Positions 26,938 through 37,816 of a stretch of DNA of 64,000 nucleotides are shown here, in pieces. Made by a program: the position numbers and the translations under genes. Origin of the DNA: an uncultured Verrucomicrobiae bacterium (GTDB lineage Bacteria > Verrucomicrobiota > Verrucomicrobiia > Chthoniobacterales > Chthoniobacteraceae); the NCBI GenBank assembly GCA_963769025.1, contig CAVYKI010000009.1, forward strand, positions 800,001 through 864,000, in the 5' to 3' direction. The first letter of the stretch is position 1, and each line of letters begins with the position of its first letter. The notes beneath the pieces were generated by a model that searched no databases, was not told the origin of the DNA, and saw only the letters and a program-made list of their open reading frames with translations.

Positions 26938-26951
26938 CCCCGCGCCGAGGT

Positions 26952-28989
26952 ATGAACGCTCGCGACGCAAACCAGATGGAGTCCTGGAACTTCTCGGAAT
27001 CCATCGACGCCCCACGAAGCGCGATGGCTGCCCATAACCCGCGCCCCGGTTCCAGACGCGTATTGGAAGCGGGTGATGAACCGCACATCCTCGTGATCGA
27101 GGACTCCGTGATCCGCGCAAAGGCACTCGCCCGTCAGCTCAAACGCCAAGGACTGGTCTTCCGGTCGCAGCGCGTGGACACGCCGGAAGCGCTTCGTGCC
27201 AGCCTTCTGAATTCCGTTCCTGATCTCGTCCTTTCCGCGCTCACGATGTCGTCCTTCGACGGCCTCGATGGCCTCAAAATCACGCGGGAAGTGTGTCCGG
27301 ATGTTCCCTTCGTCTTTTTTTCCGGCACGATCACCGAACAGCGCGCGGTGGAATTGCTCCAGGCAGGCGCGACGGATTGCGTGCGAAAGCCGGACCTCGG
27401 CCGCATCGCCCTCATCGTGGAGCGGGCGTTGCGCGACGCGGATACGCAGGCGGCGCGGCGACAGACCGAGGAGCAGCTCCGGAAACTCTCCAGCGCCGTG
27501 GAGCACAGCCCGGTCTCGATCATCATCACCGACACCGGCGGGATGATCGAATACGTCAACCCGAAGTTCGTGGAGGTGAGCGGCTACAGCGCCGAGGAAG
27601 TGTGCGGGCAGAACACGCGCATCATCCAGTCCGAGGCTACCGCGCCTGCGGTTTACGAGGAAATGTGGCGCACGGTCCGCGCCGGCGGCGAGTGGCACGG
27701 GGAAATTCACAACCAGCGCAAGAACGGCGAGCTGTACCTGGGAACTGGCCTCGATCTCGGGCATCCGCGACGGCTCGGGGACGATCACCCATTTCGTGGC
27801 GGTGAAAGAGGACATCACCGGGCGGAAGCAACTCGAGGAACACCTGCGCCGCGCACAGCGCCTCGAAAGCATCGGCACGCTGGCCAGCGGCCTGGTGCAT
27901 GATCTCAACAACATCCTCGCACCGATCCTGATGTCGCTACCGCTGCTCGAGGAGGCGCTCGCCGGCACGTCCGCAGCGTCCGTGGTTTCCGTCGTCTCGC
28001 AGTGCGCCGAGCGCGGGGCGGGCATCGTCAGGCAGGTGCTCACCCTCGCGAGCGGCATGGAAGGCGGGCACATGCACGTCCAGGTGAGCCATCTCCTCAG
28101 CGAGGTCGTGAAAATCATGACCGAGACATTCCCCCGCTCGATCACCGTCCGGAGCAATGTGCCGGGCGATCTTTGGCCGGTGAATGCAGATGCCACGCAA
28201 CTCCACCAGATGCTGCTCAACCTCTGCGTGAACGCCCGCGACGCCATCTCTGAACGCGGAACGCTGACGCTCGATGCGGGCAACATCGAGGTCGACGAAA
28301 GCTACGCCGCGATGAACCGGGACACGAAGCCGGGACCGTACATCGTGATCACCGTCTCGGACACCGGCGATGGCATCCCCGCGGAAATCATGGGGAAGAT
28401 TTTCGACCCGTTTTTCACCACGAAGGAAACCGGCAAGGGCTCGGGCCTCGGCCTCGCGGCGGTGCGCGGCATCGTGAAAGGCCACGGCGGCTTCCTCACG
28501 GTCACGAGCAAACGGGGCGCCGGCTCCACGTTCAAGGCCTACCTTCCGGCCGCTCCAAAGGCACTCCCGGAGCCTGCGCACACAGTCCAGGCACCGCGGG
28601 GAAATGGCGAACTGATCCTGCTGGTGGATGACGAGGCGTGCATCCTCGCGATCGCCGAGGACGTCCTGCAGACGCAGGGTTACCGCGTGCTCGTCGCAGC
28701 AGACGGAGTCGATGCGCTCAGCGCCTTTGCCAGGCACAAGAACGAAATCGCTGCCGTGATCACCGACATCGACATGCCGTTCATGGATGGCATCGCGCTC
28801 ACCGCTGCACTCCGCAAGATGAGCCCCGCACTTCGAGTCATCGTCTCGACCGGCGACGCCGACATGCCGGAACTCCCGGGCCTGAATGTGAACGCCATCC
28901 TGACCAAACCCTACGCCTCAGCCACCATGCTGCGCGCGCTTCACACGGCGCTCAGCGATCCCGCGCCCCCCGGGGCTGCCGCCGTATGA
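26952..28989 (+). CDS. Hybrid sensor kinase REC-PAS-HisKA-HATPase-REC (frameshift near 27740)
   Basis: N-terminal REC, PAS YVNPKF..SGY, GTLASGLVHDLNN, NARDA, DTGDG, FDPFFTTK..GKGSGLGL, C-terminal REC VDDE/TDIDMP. Confidence 0.88.
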
Positions 28990-29459
28990 AACGCACCAAC
29001 ATTCTGCTCGCCGCTGACCGTGACCTCATCCGGCGGAGCCTGCACGATCCCCTCGCCTCCGAGGGCGGCTGGCATATCTGCGGTGAAAGCAGCACCGGCC
29101 CGGAGGCGGTGAAAATGGCGGCAAAGTTCCATCCCGAAATCGTCGTGCTCGATGCGGAATTGCCGGGACTCGGCGGAGTGGAAGCCGCCGCGCAGATCAA
29201 GGCGGCACGCCCCGAGACCGAAGTCCTCATCCTCACCGACGACGAAAACGACGCCCTCATCCGGCAAGTCCTATCCATCGGCGCGCGGGGCTATCTGCTG
29301 AAGGACGAAGCCGGCGAAAAGATCCTCCCGGCGCTGAAGGCGCTCTGCAAGCACAGGCAATATCTCCGCTCGCCCGCCGCGCGGGTGGCGTTCGAAAATT
29401 ACCTCAAGGCTGAAATGGTGAAGGCCGGGCCGACACCCCGCAGATCCATTCCGCGATAG
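28986..29459 (+). CDS. NarL-type receiver-domain protein without HTH
   Basis: [24 protein letters not shown]. Ends about 35 aa after the receiver domain. ATGA overlap with the kinase stop. Confidence 0.75.
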   Translation: MKRTNILLAADRDLIRRSLHDPLASEGGWHICGESSTGPEAVKMAAKFHPEIVVLDAELPGLGGVEAAAQIKAARPETEVLILTDDENDALIRQVLSIGARGYLLKDEAGEKILPALKALCKHRQYLRSPAARVAFENYLKAEMVKAGPTPRRSIPR

Positions 29460-29595
29460 CGGACACACTCGCGCACATGTTCTTCCCCCTGCTGCCCGCC
29501 GAAACCGCGAAGCACTCCGTGGACGAGCGCAGCGCTTCTTTCCCGAAAAGGTCGCGCTGCGGCTGCCGCAAGTTCCGTCCCGGGTCGGCCAATGC

Positions 29596-31065
29596 TCACG
29601 CGAGAATCGCCTTCACCACCTTCGAAGATTCGACGCCGGTCAGACGCTGGTCGAGGCCCTGGAATTTGTAGGTGAACCGGTCGTGGTCGATGCCCATGCA
29701 GTGGAGGATCGTCGCGTTGAGATCGTTCAGGTGGACCGGATTTTCGACGATGTTGTAGCTGAAGTCGTCGGTCTCGCCGTAGATGGTGCCGCCTTTGATG
29801 CCGCCGCCGGCCATGAACATGCGAGAAGCATTTCGGGTGATGGTCGCGGCCGTAGTTGTCGGCGGTGAGCTTGCCCTGCGAATAGACGGTGCGGCCGAAT
29901 TCGCCGCCCCAGACGACGAGCGTGTCGATCGAGCAGGCCGCGCTGCTTGAGGTCCTGGATGAGCGCGGCGACGGGCTGGTCGATGTCGCTGCACTGGGCG
30001 CGGATTTCGGCGGGCAGATTGCCGTGCTGGTCCCAGCCGCGGTGGAGGATCTGCACGACGCGGACGCCGCGCTCGACGAGCCGGCGCGCGAGCAGCGCGC
30101 TCGCGGCAAACGTGCCGGACTTTTTCACCTCCGGCCCGTAGAGGTCGAGGACGCTCTGCGGCTCGCTCGCGGATGTCCACGAGTTCCGGGACGCTGGTCT
30201 GCATGCGGAAGGCCATCTCGTATTGCGCGATGCGCGTCTGGATTTCCGGGTCGCCGATGCGCTCGAAGCCGCGCTGGTTCAGCTTGGCGAGCGCGTCGAG
30301 CATCGTGCGGCGCGTCGCCGCTGGCGACGCCGTCGGGATTCTGGATGTAGAGGACCGGATCGCCCGTGCTGCGGAGCGCGACGCCGGTGTAGCGGCCGGG
30401 CAGGAAGCCGCTGTTCCACATGCGCGTGAAGAGCGCCTGCGCGTTCGCCTTTGCCGACCAGGTCGGGCGTGAGGACGACGAATGCGGGCAGGTCGTTGTT
30501 CTCGCTGCCGAGGCCGTACGCGAGCCACGAGCCGAGGCTCGCCTTGCCGGGCACTTCGCTGCCGGTCATCACGAAGGTGCAGGCCGGGTCGTGGTTGATG
30601 GCGTTCGTGTGGACGGTCTTGATGAGCGCGATGTCGTCCACGACTTTCGCCGTGTGCGGGAGCAGTTCGCTCACCCAGCGTCCGCATTTGTCCGTGTTGG
30701 GCAAAATTGAACATGATCGGCGCGACGGGAAGCCGCGCCTGGCCGCTGGTCATCGTGGTGATGCGCTGGCCCTGGCGGATCGAGTCCGGGCAGATCCTTG
30801 TCGAATTGCTCCTTCAGCCCGCGGCTTGTAGTCCCACAGGTCGAGCTGCGAAGGCGCGCCGTTCATGTGGAGGTAGATGAGGGATTTCGCCTTCGGCGCA
30901 AAGTTCGGGAAGCCCGGCAACGGCGGATGCACGCGGCTGCCCACGGCGGCTTGCGCGCGATCGCCCATCAGGCACGCGAGCGCGAGCCCGCCAAAGCGGA
31001 GGCCGGCGTGTGCCGAAAAACTGGCGGCGTGTCTGGAGGAGTTGGGATTCAAAGAGGGGGTCCAT
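29596..31065 (-). CDS. DUF1501 domain protein with Tat-like signal (multiple frameshifts)
   Basis: [66 protein letters not shown]. Confidence 0.88.
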
Positions 31066-31186
31066 GAGGCTGTGGAGATTGAGAGCGGCAGATTCGCACA
31101 GATTGACCCGGAGGGAAACCCTGCCTGAGGGAAATTCGCGCGCCCCGCACGACTGAAATCGAGCGCAGACAGAAGCCGGCTTTGTC

Positions 31187-31290
31187 AACGCGGAGACGCG
31201 GAGACGCAGAGGAGAAGTGAATGGCGCGTGGACGCAACTCGGCATCGGCTCCGTCCTCCCATGCCGCTTCTTCTCCGCGTCTCTGCGTTT
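31187..31290. repeat. Palindromic intergenic repeat (acgcrgag units), copy 1
   Basis: aacgcggagacgcggagacgcagaggagaag ... cttcttctccgcgtctctgcgttt. Confidence 0.7.
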
Positions 31291-31412
31291 CCATATGAGC
31301 GCGGGAGCCGGTTTGGCGCCATCGCCCGGCGCGCAGCGAACGAATCCGGACCGCAGGGAGAATCCGGTTGCCTTTCCAAGATCGACACCTAGAGTCCCGC
31401 CCCTTTCTCCGG

Positions 31413-32373
31413 ATGTTTTACCGACCGCCAACAGAGCTGAAAATCTTCAGTGGCTCCGCGCACAATGTGCTCGCGCAGCGCATCGCGGACTATTGCAAGA
31501 TCAAGCTCGGCAACGCGACGGTCGCGTCTTTCCCCGACGGCGAGACGATGGTGAAGATCAACGAGAACATCCGCGGACGCGACGTGTTCATCGTCCAGCC
31601 GACCTGCCCGCCGACGAACCAGAACCTGATGGAGCTGCTCATCATGGTGGACGCGGCCCGGCGTGCGAGCGCGGCGCGCATCACGGCAGTGCTGCCGTTT
31701 TTCGGATATGCCCGGCAGGATCGAAAGGATCAGCCGCGCGTGCCCATCACCGCGAAGCTCGTCGCGAATCTCCTCGTGGCGTCCGGCGTGAACCGCGTGC
31801 TCACCGTGGACCTCCACGCTCAGCAGGTCGCAGGGTTCTTCGACATCCCGGTGGATCACCTTTTCGCCGCGCCGGTCATCCTCCAGTATCTCAAATCGAA
31901 AAACCTGAACGACCCGGTCGTCGTCTCTCCGGATGTCGGCGGATTGAAGATGGCGAACGCCTACGCGCAGGCGCTCGACACGAGCCTCGCCATCGTCGCG
32001 AAACGCCGCAAGAGCCCGACGGAAGTCTCCGCGACCACCCTCATCGGCGAAGTCGAAGGCCGCTCGGTCATCCTCGTGGACGATCTCACCGAGACCGCCG
32101 GCACGCTCACCGCCGCCGCGAAGCTTCTGAAGGAGCACGGCGCGAAGGAAATCATGGCCTGCGTGAGCCACGCGGTGCTCAGCGACCTCGGCATCCAGCG
32201 GTTGAAGGAATCCCGAAATCACCGAACTCGTCTGCACCAACAGCGTCCCGGTCCGCGAAGGCAACGGCATCAAGATCACGTCGCTCTGCATCGCGTCGCT
32301 CCTCGGCGAGGGCATCAACCGCATCTACGGCGACGAATCCGTTTCATCCCTGTTCCAAATCCCCAGAACGTAA
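31413..32373 (+). CDS. prs: Ribose-phosphate pyrophosphokinase (frameshift near 32213)
   Basis: FPDGE, ENIRGRDVF, GYARQDRK, DLHA.Q, VSPDVGG, ILVDDLTETAGT. Confidence 0.95.
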
Positions 32374-32409
32374 CCACAACCCAAACCACAGCAGTAGCTG
32401 AACACAGCA

Positions 32410-33099
32410 ATGGCCAAAGCAATCCAACTCAAAGCACAACCTCGCAGCGTCTCCGGAACGGTCGAGGCAAAGAAAGCACGCAAGGCGGGTCTCGTCCCCG
32501 CAGTGATCTACGGACGTCACCTCGACAAGCCGCAGAACCTCCAGCTCGACGCCCGCGAACTCAAGGCGGCGCTCGGCAAGACGACCGGCGAGCACGTTCT
32601 CGTGGATCTCGAAATCACCGGCGGCGACAAGACGCTCGCGCTCATCCAGGACGTGCAGCATCACACGCTCAAGCGCCACATCATGCATGTGGATTTCCAC
32701 GCGCTCCACGCGGATGAAAAGATGCACACCACCGTCCCCGTCGTTACCTTCGGCGAGGCGAGCGGCGTGAAGAATCTCGGCGGCGTTCTCGAGCAGCTCC
32801 TCCGCTCCATCGAGGTCGAGTGCTTGCCCAAGGATCTTCCCGAATCAATCGTCATCGACGTCTCTGCACTCGAAATCGGCGATGCCATCCACATCAAGGA
32901 TCTTCCCCTTCCCGAAGGCGTCACCGCGCTCGGCAATCCGGAAACCAGCGTGCTGCACATCGCCGCGCCGGCCGTCGAGGAAGTCGTCGCTCCATCCGCC
33001 GAGGGCGCTGCCGCCTCCGAGCCGGAAGTCATCAAGGAAAAGAAGCCCGAGGCCGGCGAAGCCGCGCCCGCGGCAGGCGCCAAGACCGACAAGAAATAG
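32410..33099 (+). CDS. rplY: 50S ribosomal protein L25/Ctc
   Basis: VPAVIYG, QDVQHH...HVDF, ECLPKDLP..I.IDVS.L.IGD. In the prs-rplY-pth context. Confidence 0.95.
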   Translation: MAKAIQLKAQPRSVSGTVEAKKARKAGLVPAVIYGRHLDKPQNLQLDARELKAALGKTTGEHVLVDLEITGGDKTLALIQDVQHHTLKRHIMHVDFHALHADEKMHTTVPVVTFGEASGVKNLGGVLEQLLRSIEVECLPKDLPESIVIDVSALEIGDAIHIKDLPLPEGVTALGNPETSVLHIAAPAVEEVVAPSAEGAAASEPEVIKEKKPEAGEAAPAAGAKTDKK

Positions 33100-33117
33100 T
33101 TTTCAGCTCCCGGATGA

Positions 33118-33744
33118 ATGGCTCCCACCGGACCCACGTTCCGGCTGCTCGTCGGCCTGGGGAATCCAGGCCGCGAGTACGCGGGCACACGCCACAACGT
33201 CGGCTTCATGGTCCTCGACCGTCTCGCCGCCTCGTGGGGAGCCAGCTTCCGGGCTGAAAAAAAATGGCAGGCTGATGTCGCCACCGCACCGATGCAGAAT
33301 CCCTGCGGTGGTGGCGACGTCTGGCTCCTGAAACCGCAGACCTACATGAACCTCAGCGGCGAAAGCGTGAGCGAACTTGCCCGATTTTACAAAATCGAGC
33401 CCGCCCGCGTTCTCGTCGTGCTCGACGACATGGCGCTCCCGCTGGGACGCCTGCGCATCCGCGAGCGGGGAACTGCCGGCGGCCATAACGGCCTCCAGAG
33501 CATCCTCGATCATCTCGGCACGCAGGAAGTCCCCCGGCTGCGCATCGGCATCGGCTCCGGCGGAGCCGGCGGCTCAGCGGGCGCCGCAGTCGGCCATGTG
33601 CTCGGAAGATTTGCCGTGGACGAGCGCCCGCTCGTCGAGCAATCTCTCGACCGCGCCGCCGAGGCCGTCCGGTTTGCGCAGGACAACGACCTGCCATCCG
33701 CAATGAACCGATTCAACACCAACACACCCACATCACCACTATGA
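33118..33744 (+). CDS. pth: Peptidyl-tRNA hydrolase
   Basis: GLGNPG.EY..TRHNVGF, KPQTYMNLSG, GGHNGL, RLRIGIG. Confidence 0.95.
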   Translation: MAPTGPTFRLLVGLGNPGREYAGTRHNVGFMVLDRLAASWGASFRAEKKWQADVATAPMQNPCGGGDVWLLKPQTYMNLSGESVSELARFYKIEPARVLVVLDDMALPLGRLRIRERGTAGGHNGLQSILDHLGTQEVPRLRIGIGSGGAGGSAGAAVGHVLGRFAVDERPLVEQSLDRAAEAVRFAQDNDLPSAMNRFNTNTPTSPL

Positions 33745-34046
33745 ACCACCGTTACGAGGGACTCCTCGTTCTCAACGTCAAAGGCAAGGAAGACAGCGCG
33801 CAGAAAATCATCGAGCGCATCGAAAAGGAATTCGTCGCCGAGGGCGCGAAGGTCGAATCCACGCAGAAGATGGACCAGCGCCACTTCAGCTACGTCAAGG
33901 GCGACCTGGACAGCGGCTACTTCGTCAATTTCGTCTTCAGCGCCGAACCCGCCGCGCTCGACCGCATCCGGGCCCGCTTCAAGCTCGACGACGAAGTGTA
34001 CCGCCAGCAGTACGCCCGCCTCGCCGACAAGAAGAAGGCCGCCTAG
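33741..34046 (+). CDS. rpsF: 30S ribosomal protein S6
   Basis: RYE.LLVL N-terminus, FSY...SGYF, LDDEVYR. Size and position before ssb fit. Confidence 0.88.
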   Translation: MNHRYEGLLVLNVKGKEDSAQKIIERIEKEFVAEGAKVESTQKMDQRHFSYVKGDLDSGYFVNFVFSAEPAALDRIRARFKLDDEVYRQQYARLADKKKAA

Positions 34047-34081
34047 CCCCCCGCGCCGCGCAACCCCAACTCCCCGCCGAC

Positions 34082-34561
34082 ATGCCGAATCTGAACAAGG
34101 TCATGCTCATGGGAAACCTCACGAGGGATCCCGAGATCAAGTACACGCCCAAGGGCACCGCCATCGCCAATTTTGGCATCGCGGTGAACCGGACGTACAC
34201 CCCGACCGAAGGCGGCGAGAAGCGCGAGGAGGTCACGTTCATCGATCTCGAAGCGTGGGGCCGCACGGCGGAAATCATCGGCGAGTACTTCAAAAAAGGG
34301 CGCCCGATTTTCATCGAGGGCCGGCTGAAGCTCGACCAATGGGACGACAAGACCACGGGGAAAAAGATGAGCAAGCTGCGCGTCGTCGTGGACACGTTCG
34401 AGTTCCTCGGCAGCCGCGAAGGCGGCGGTGGCGAGGGCGGAGGCGCCCCTTCCGGCGAATCCCGCGGCAGCGCGCCGCAGCAGCGCCGCGCGCCCGCAAG
34501 CCCTCCCCGCCCGCCCGCCGATCCCGATCTCGACGTGCAGGCCGACGACGTGCCGTTCTAG
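34082..34561 (+). CDS. ssb: Single-stranded DNA-binding protein
   Basis: LNKVMLMGNLTRDPE, KKGRPIFIEGRL, acidic DDVPF tail. Confidence 0.96.
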   Translation: MPNLNKVMLMGNLTRDPEIKYTPKGTAIANFGIAVNRTYTPTEGGEKREEVTFIDLEAWGRTAEIIGEYFKKGRPIFIEGRLKLDQWDDKTTGKKMSKLRVVVDTFEFLGSREGGGGEGGGAPSGESRGSAPQQRRAPASPPRPPADPDLDVQADDVPF

Positions 34562-34698
34562 CCGTTCCGTCGCTGACGACGGAGCCATGCCGCAAAAAAA
34601 TGCGATTGGGAAATTCGCACGAGGCCTCGTGCAAGGACCGGCGCGGATTCCCTCGTGAACGAATTTTCCTCGCACTGAATCGCGCTGGAAACGACGGG

Positions 34699-35726
34699 CT
34701 ACTTCGCGGCCGCGTCCTTCACCGGAACAGCCTGCAGCAGACCGATCGTCGCCCAGCCGGCACCCCAGTAGGTGTAGATGGCGGTCGCTTCCTTGAATGA
34801 CTTCGCCTTGGCGGGTGCGCTGCGGTCCACCTTGCTGATGTGCGTGATGTCGATGGGCCAGCTTCCGTCCTCGCGCTGGGTCTTGAGCAGCCACTGCTGC
34901 GCGCGGGCGATGGCCTCGGCGGTGCGCGGGTCGGATGCGGACGGCTGCAAGGCGTAGAGCACCTCCCCGGTGGCGAGCGCGATCGCTCATGTTTTCGCCG
35001 ATGACGTAACTCCACCCGCCGTCGCCTCGCTGCTGCTTCAGAATTTCCGCACGCTGCGCATCCGCGTCCTCCATTTTGCCAATGCTGCGCGCGTACAGCG
35101 CGCGGAAGACGAGCGACTCCGTGGAAGTCGGGCGCGTCCTTTTTTGCGAGCAATGCCGCGGCCTTCGTGCGCGCCTCTTCGGCGGCGTGGCGATCCGCTT
35201 CATCCGATGCGAGCGCGATGAGGAAGAGCCGAGTGGAAGTGGCCGCCGCGTCGGGCGCACCGCGTTTCTGCATGCCGGAAAACTGCCCGGCAGGCTTCCA
35301 TGATCCGTCGGGCTGCTGGCCTTTCACGATGAGCTTGGTGAGCTCTGGCGCGGGCTTGCCGGGCATCGCGAGCTTCATCAGCGCCGTCATTTCCAGCCCC
35401 GGCGAAATGTTCGTCGCATGCGAGTCGGACCACGTCACGAATTCCTCGAACAGCTTCTCGTCGATCGCAAAGCCGCGCAGCTTTGCCTCGCGATGGCTCC
35501 AGAGCAGCTCGGGCATGTGATGACAGCCGTTGCAATCCTTCGCGCCCATCCACTCGTCGCCTTCCTTCGCGAGAAAGCCGAGGCCCTTGGCGATGACCGC
35601 ACGCAGTTCCGCCTCGGAGGGCGGCTTCGTGGGCGCAGGCTTCGATTTGTCCTCGGCCTGCGCAGAAAGGACGCCGATGCCGACCAGCACGACAGCGGTG
35701 CGTAGCAAATGGAGACGCGGATGCAT
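34699..35726 (-). CDS. Secreted prenyltransferase/squalene-oxidase-repeat protein with CxxCH motif (frameshifts near 35120 and 34975)
   Basis: Signal peptide, KGLGFL, DCNGCHH, QQPDGSW, QRGDGGWS, LLKTQREDGSW repeats. Confidence 0.75.
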
Positions 35727-35774
35727 GGGGAGAGTTTCAGAGTGGATAACCCCGTCCGGCGGGAAGCGCGTAGG

Positions 35775-37272
35775 CTATTTGTTCGCCTCGTTCCACCGCC
35801 AGTGCGGGCCACGGATGACGGCGAGCGCCTCCTTCACATCCATGCCGGCCTTTGCCTGCGCTGCGAATTTCGCGCGACGCACATTCCATGCGGCGCGCTC
35901 CGCGTCGCTGATTGCAAGCTGCCTGCGGTATGGCGCGCGGTTCCCCACGAGCATCGCGAGGTGGCCCTCGATCCCGAAATCGTTTTCGCTCGCGGGACAG
36001 CAACTGGCGTCCGAGAGTGCGTCGGGCCGTTCTCCTCGTAAAACTCCAGCAGCGGTGCGAGTCCGGAGACATCGGTGTCCTCCCGGCAGTGCCGCCAGAA
36101 CGGAGTGTCGAGCCGCGTGTTCAACCGGTAATGCAGCGCGAGAAAATCGCGGATGTCGTCCCACGTGCCGGCCACGATGTCGTTGTAGAGCTTCCGGATG
36201 GTGGGGGTGGGTTCGAGCGAGGCTTCGGTCAGCAACCCCACGAGCATCTTGCTCGTCGAGCACACGACCATGAGCGCCGTGGCTTCGAGCGGTTCGACGA
36301 AGCCGCCCGCGTTGCCGATGGCCACCACGTTATCCACCCACGCACGGCGCAGACGCCCCGAGCGGAATTTCACCACGCGCGGCGAAGCGGGAGCCTTCGG
36401 ATTCTTCCGGAGAAACTCGGCGGCGGCAGCCTCGTCGGAGATCGCCGCGGAGGAATAGACGTAGCCGCGATTGATGTGGTGCTCGTGGTCGATCCGCCAT
36501 GCCCAGCCGGAGTCCATCGTCTCGGCGGTGGTGTAGGGCAGGATGGGCTCGGCGGTGCGTTCCCAGCCGCCCACGACGGCGCGGTCGCAGAAAAGGGAGC
36601 GCTCCGAAGCTCGCAAACGGTTCCTCCAGCGTGCGCCCGAGCAGTTCGCTGCGAAACCCGCTCGCATCGACGAAAAAGTCTGCCGCCAGCCGGCGCCCGT
36701 CTTCGAGCATTACCGCCGCGATTCCCGCGGGACCGCGCTCGGTGCCGCGGACGGTGCCATCGATGATTTCGACGCCCGCGTCGCGCGCGACGGCTTCGAG
36801 GGTTTCCACCAGCTTCCGGTTCTCGATGTGAAAGGCGGACCATGGCTGAAACTCGGGGTCGCCGCGCGGGCTGCGCACGAATGCCTTGTCGTGCGCCATG
36901 AGGGCGCTGTGCCGGTTGCAGCTGCGGAATTCGTCGTCGCAGAAGATAGCCCTGCCTCGGCGGCACATCGCCGGTGATGTTGTCGAACTGCGGCTCGAAC
37001 GAGTAGTCGAAGGACTCCCGCGGCCCCCAGAGGAAGCGGATTCCCAGTTTCCAAGTCGGCTGCGCCTTCGCATAGAAATAGGACTGCCGGATTCCGAGGA
37101 ATCCGAAAAGGTGACCTGGAAAGCTCGGTGTGGTGCCTTCGCCGACGCCGATGACCCCGATCTCCGGGCTGCGCACCACGCGGACTGTCACCGCGGCGAG
37201 CTTCAGCTTCAGCGTGATCGCCGCGATGAGCCCCGCGCTTCCGGAACCGACGATGAGGATGTTCTGAATCAT
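35775..37272 (-). CDS. Flavin-dependent tryptophan-halogenase family protein (multiple frameshifts)
   Basis: IVGSGSAG, IGVGEGT, TWKLGIRF (catalytic Lys region), VDASGF, GWAWRI, GNAGGFVEPLEATAL, IRDFLALHY, TPFW. Confidence 0.88.
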
Positions 37273-37426
37273 GGGGGAACGGCCGCGACGGTGAACGACT
37301 CGCAAATCGGATGCGACACAATCCCGCGCCAGCACCCTGCCCGGCAGGGCGTAAGTCGATATCAAGCCGAATTGTTCGACTCTCCATGCAAACCCGATCA
37401 ACGCCCCAGCGGCATCCGAGTCGGGT

Positions 37427-37451
37427 GCGAACGCTGCGGTTCGCTTTTTTT
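37427..37451 (+). terminator. Intrinsic-terminator-like hairpin with T-run
   Basis: gcgaac-gctgcg-gttcgc followed by T7. Confidence 0.45.
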
Positions 37452-37489
37452 GGCCTGCCCGTCACGCCGGACGGCAGGCCCCACGCGCG

Positions 37490-37594
37490 CTACTTCGCGG
37501 CTGCGGCGTTGCTTTTCGCGAGCGCGAGGCGCTCGGTCTTCTTGCGGCGAACCGCGCGTTTCTTGACGTTGTCTTTGCCTTTGCAGTGTCCCAT
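37490..37594 (-). CDS. Small basic protein, 34 aa (MGHCKGKDNVKKRAVRRKKTERLALAKSNAAAAK)
   Basis: ATG..TAG ORF in an otherwise intergenic gap. 12/34 residues are Lys/Arg and codon usage is genome-like. Confidence 0.55.
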   Translation of the reverse strand: MGHCKGKDNVKKRAVRRKKTERLALAKSNAAAAK

Positions 37595-37816
37595 AGGGCG
37601 TGCACCAGACACGCTCATCGCCCATCTGCCAAGTTGTTTCGCAACATCGCGGAAAATAACCGCCGCAAACAGGCGCGACGGACGCAAAAAATGGAGGTCT
37701 CCCGGCCCCGGCCGGGTGTGGCGGAATCCGGCCCAAAAAAAGGTGGTGCATCCCCACCCCGCGGGACTAAATTGGCTGCGTGGTGACACGGTCGGGCAGC
37801 CCCTTATTACCGACAT

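Noticed and set aside
31066..31412. tRNA or riboswitch upstream of prs
   Set aside because: No T-loop (GTTCRA) or cloverleaf and no aptamer I recognise. The structure present is explained by the palindromic repeat.
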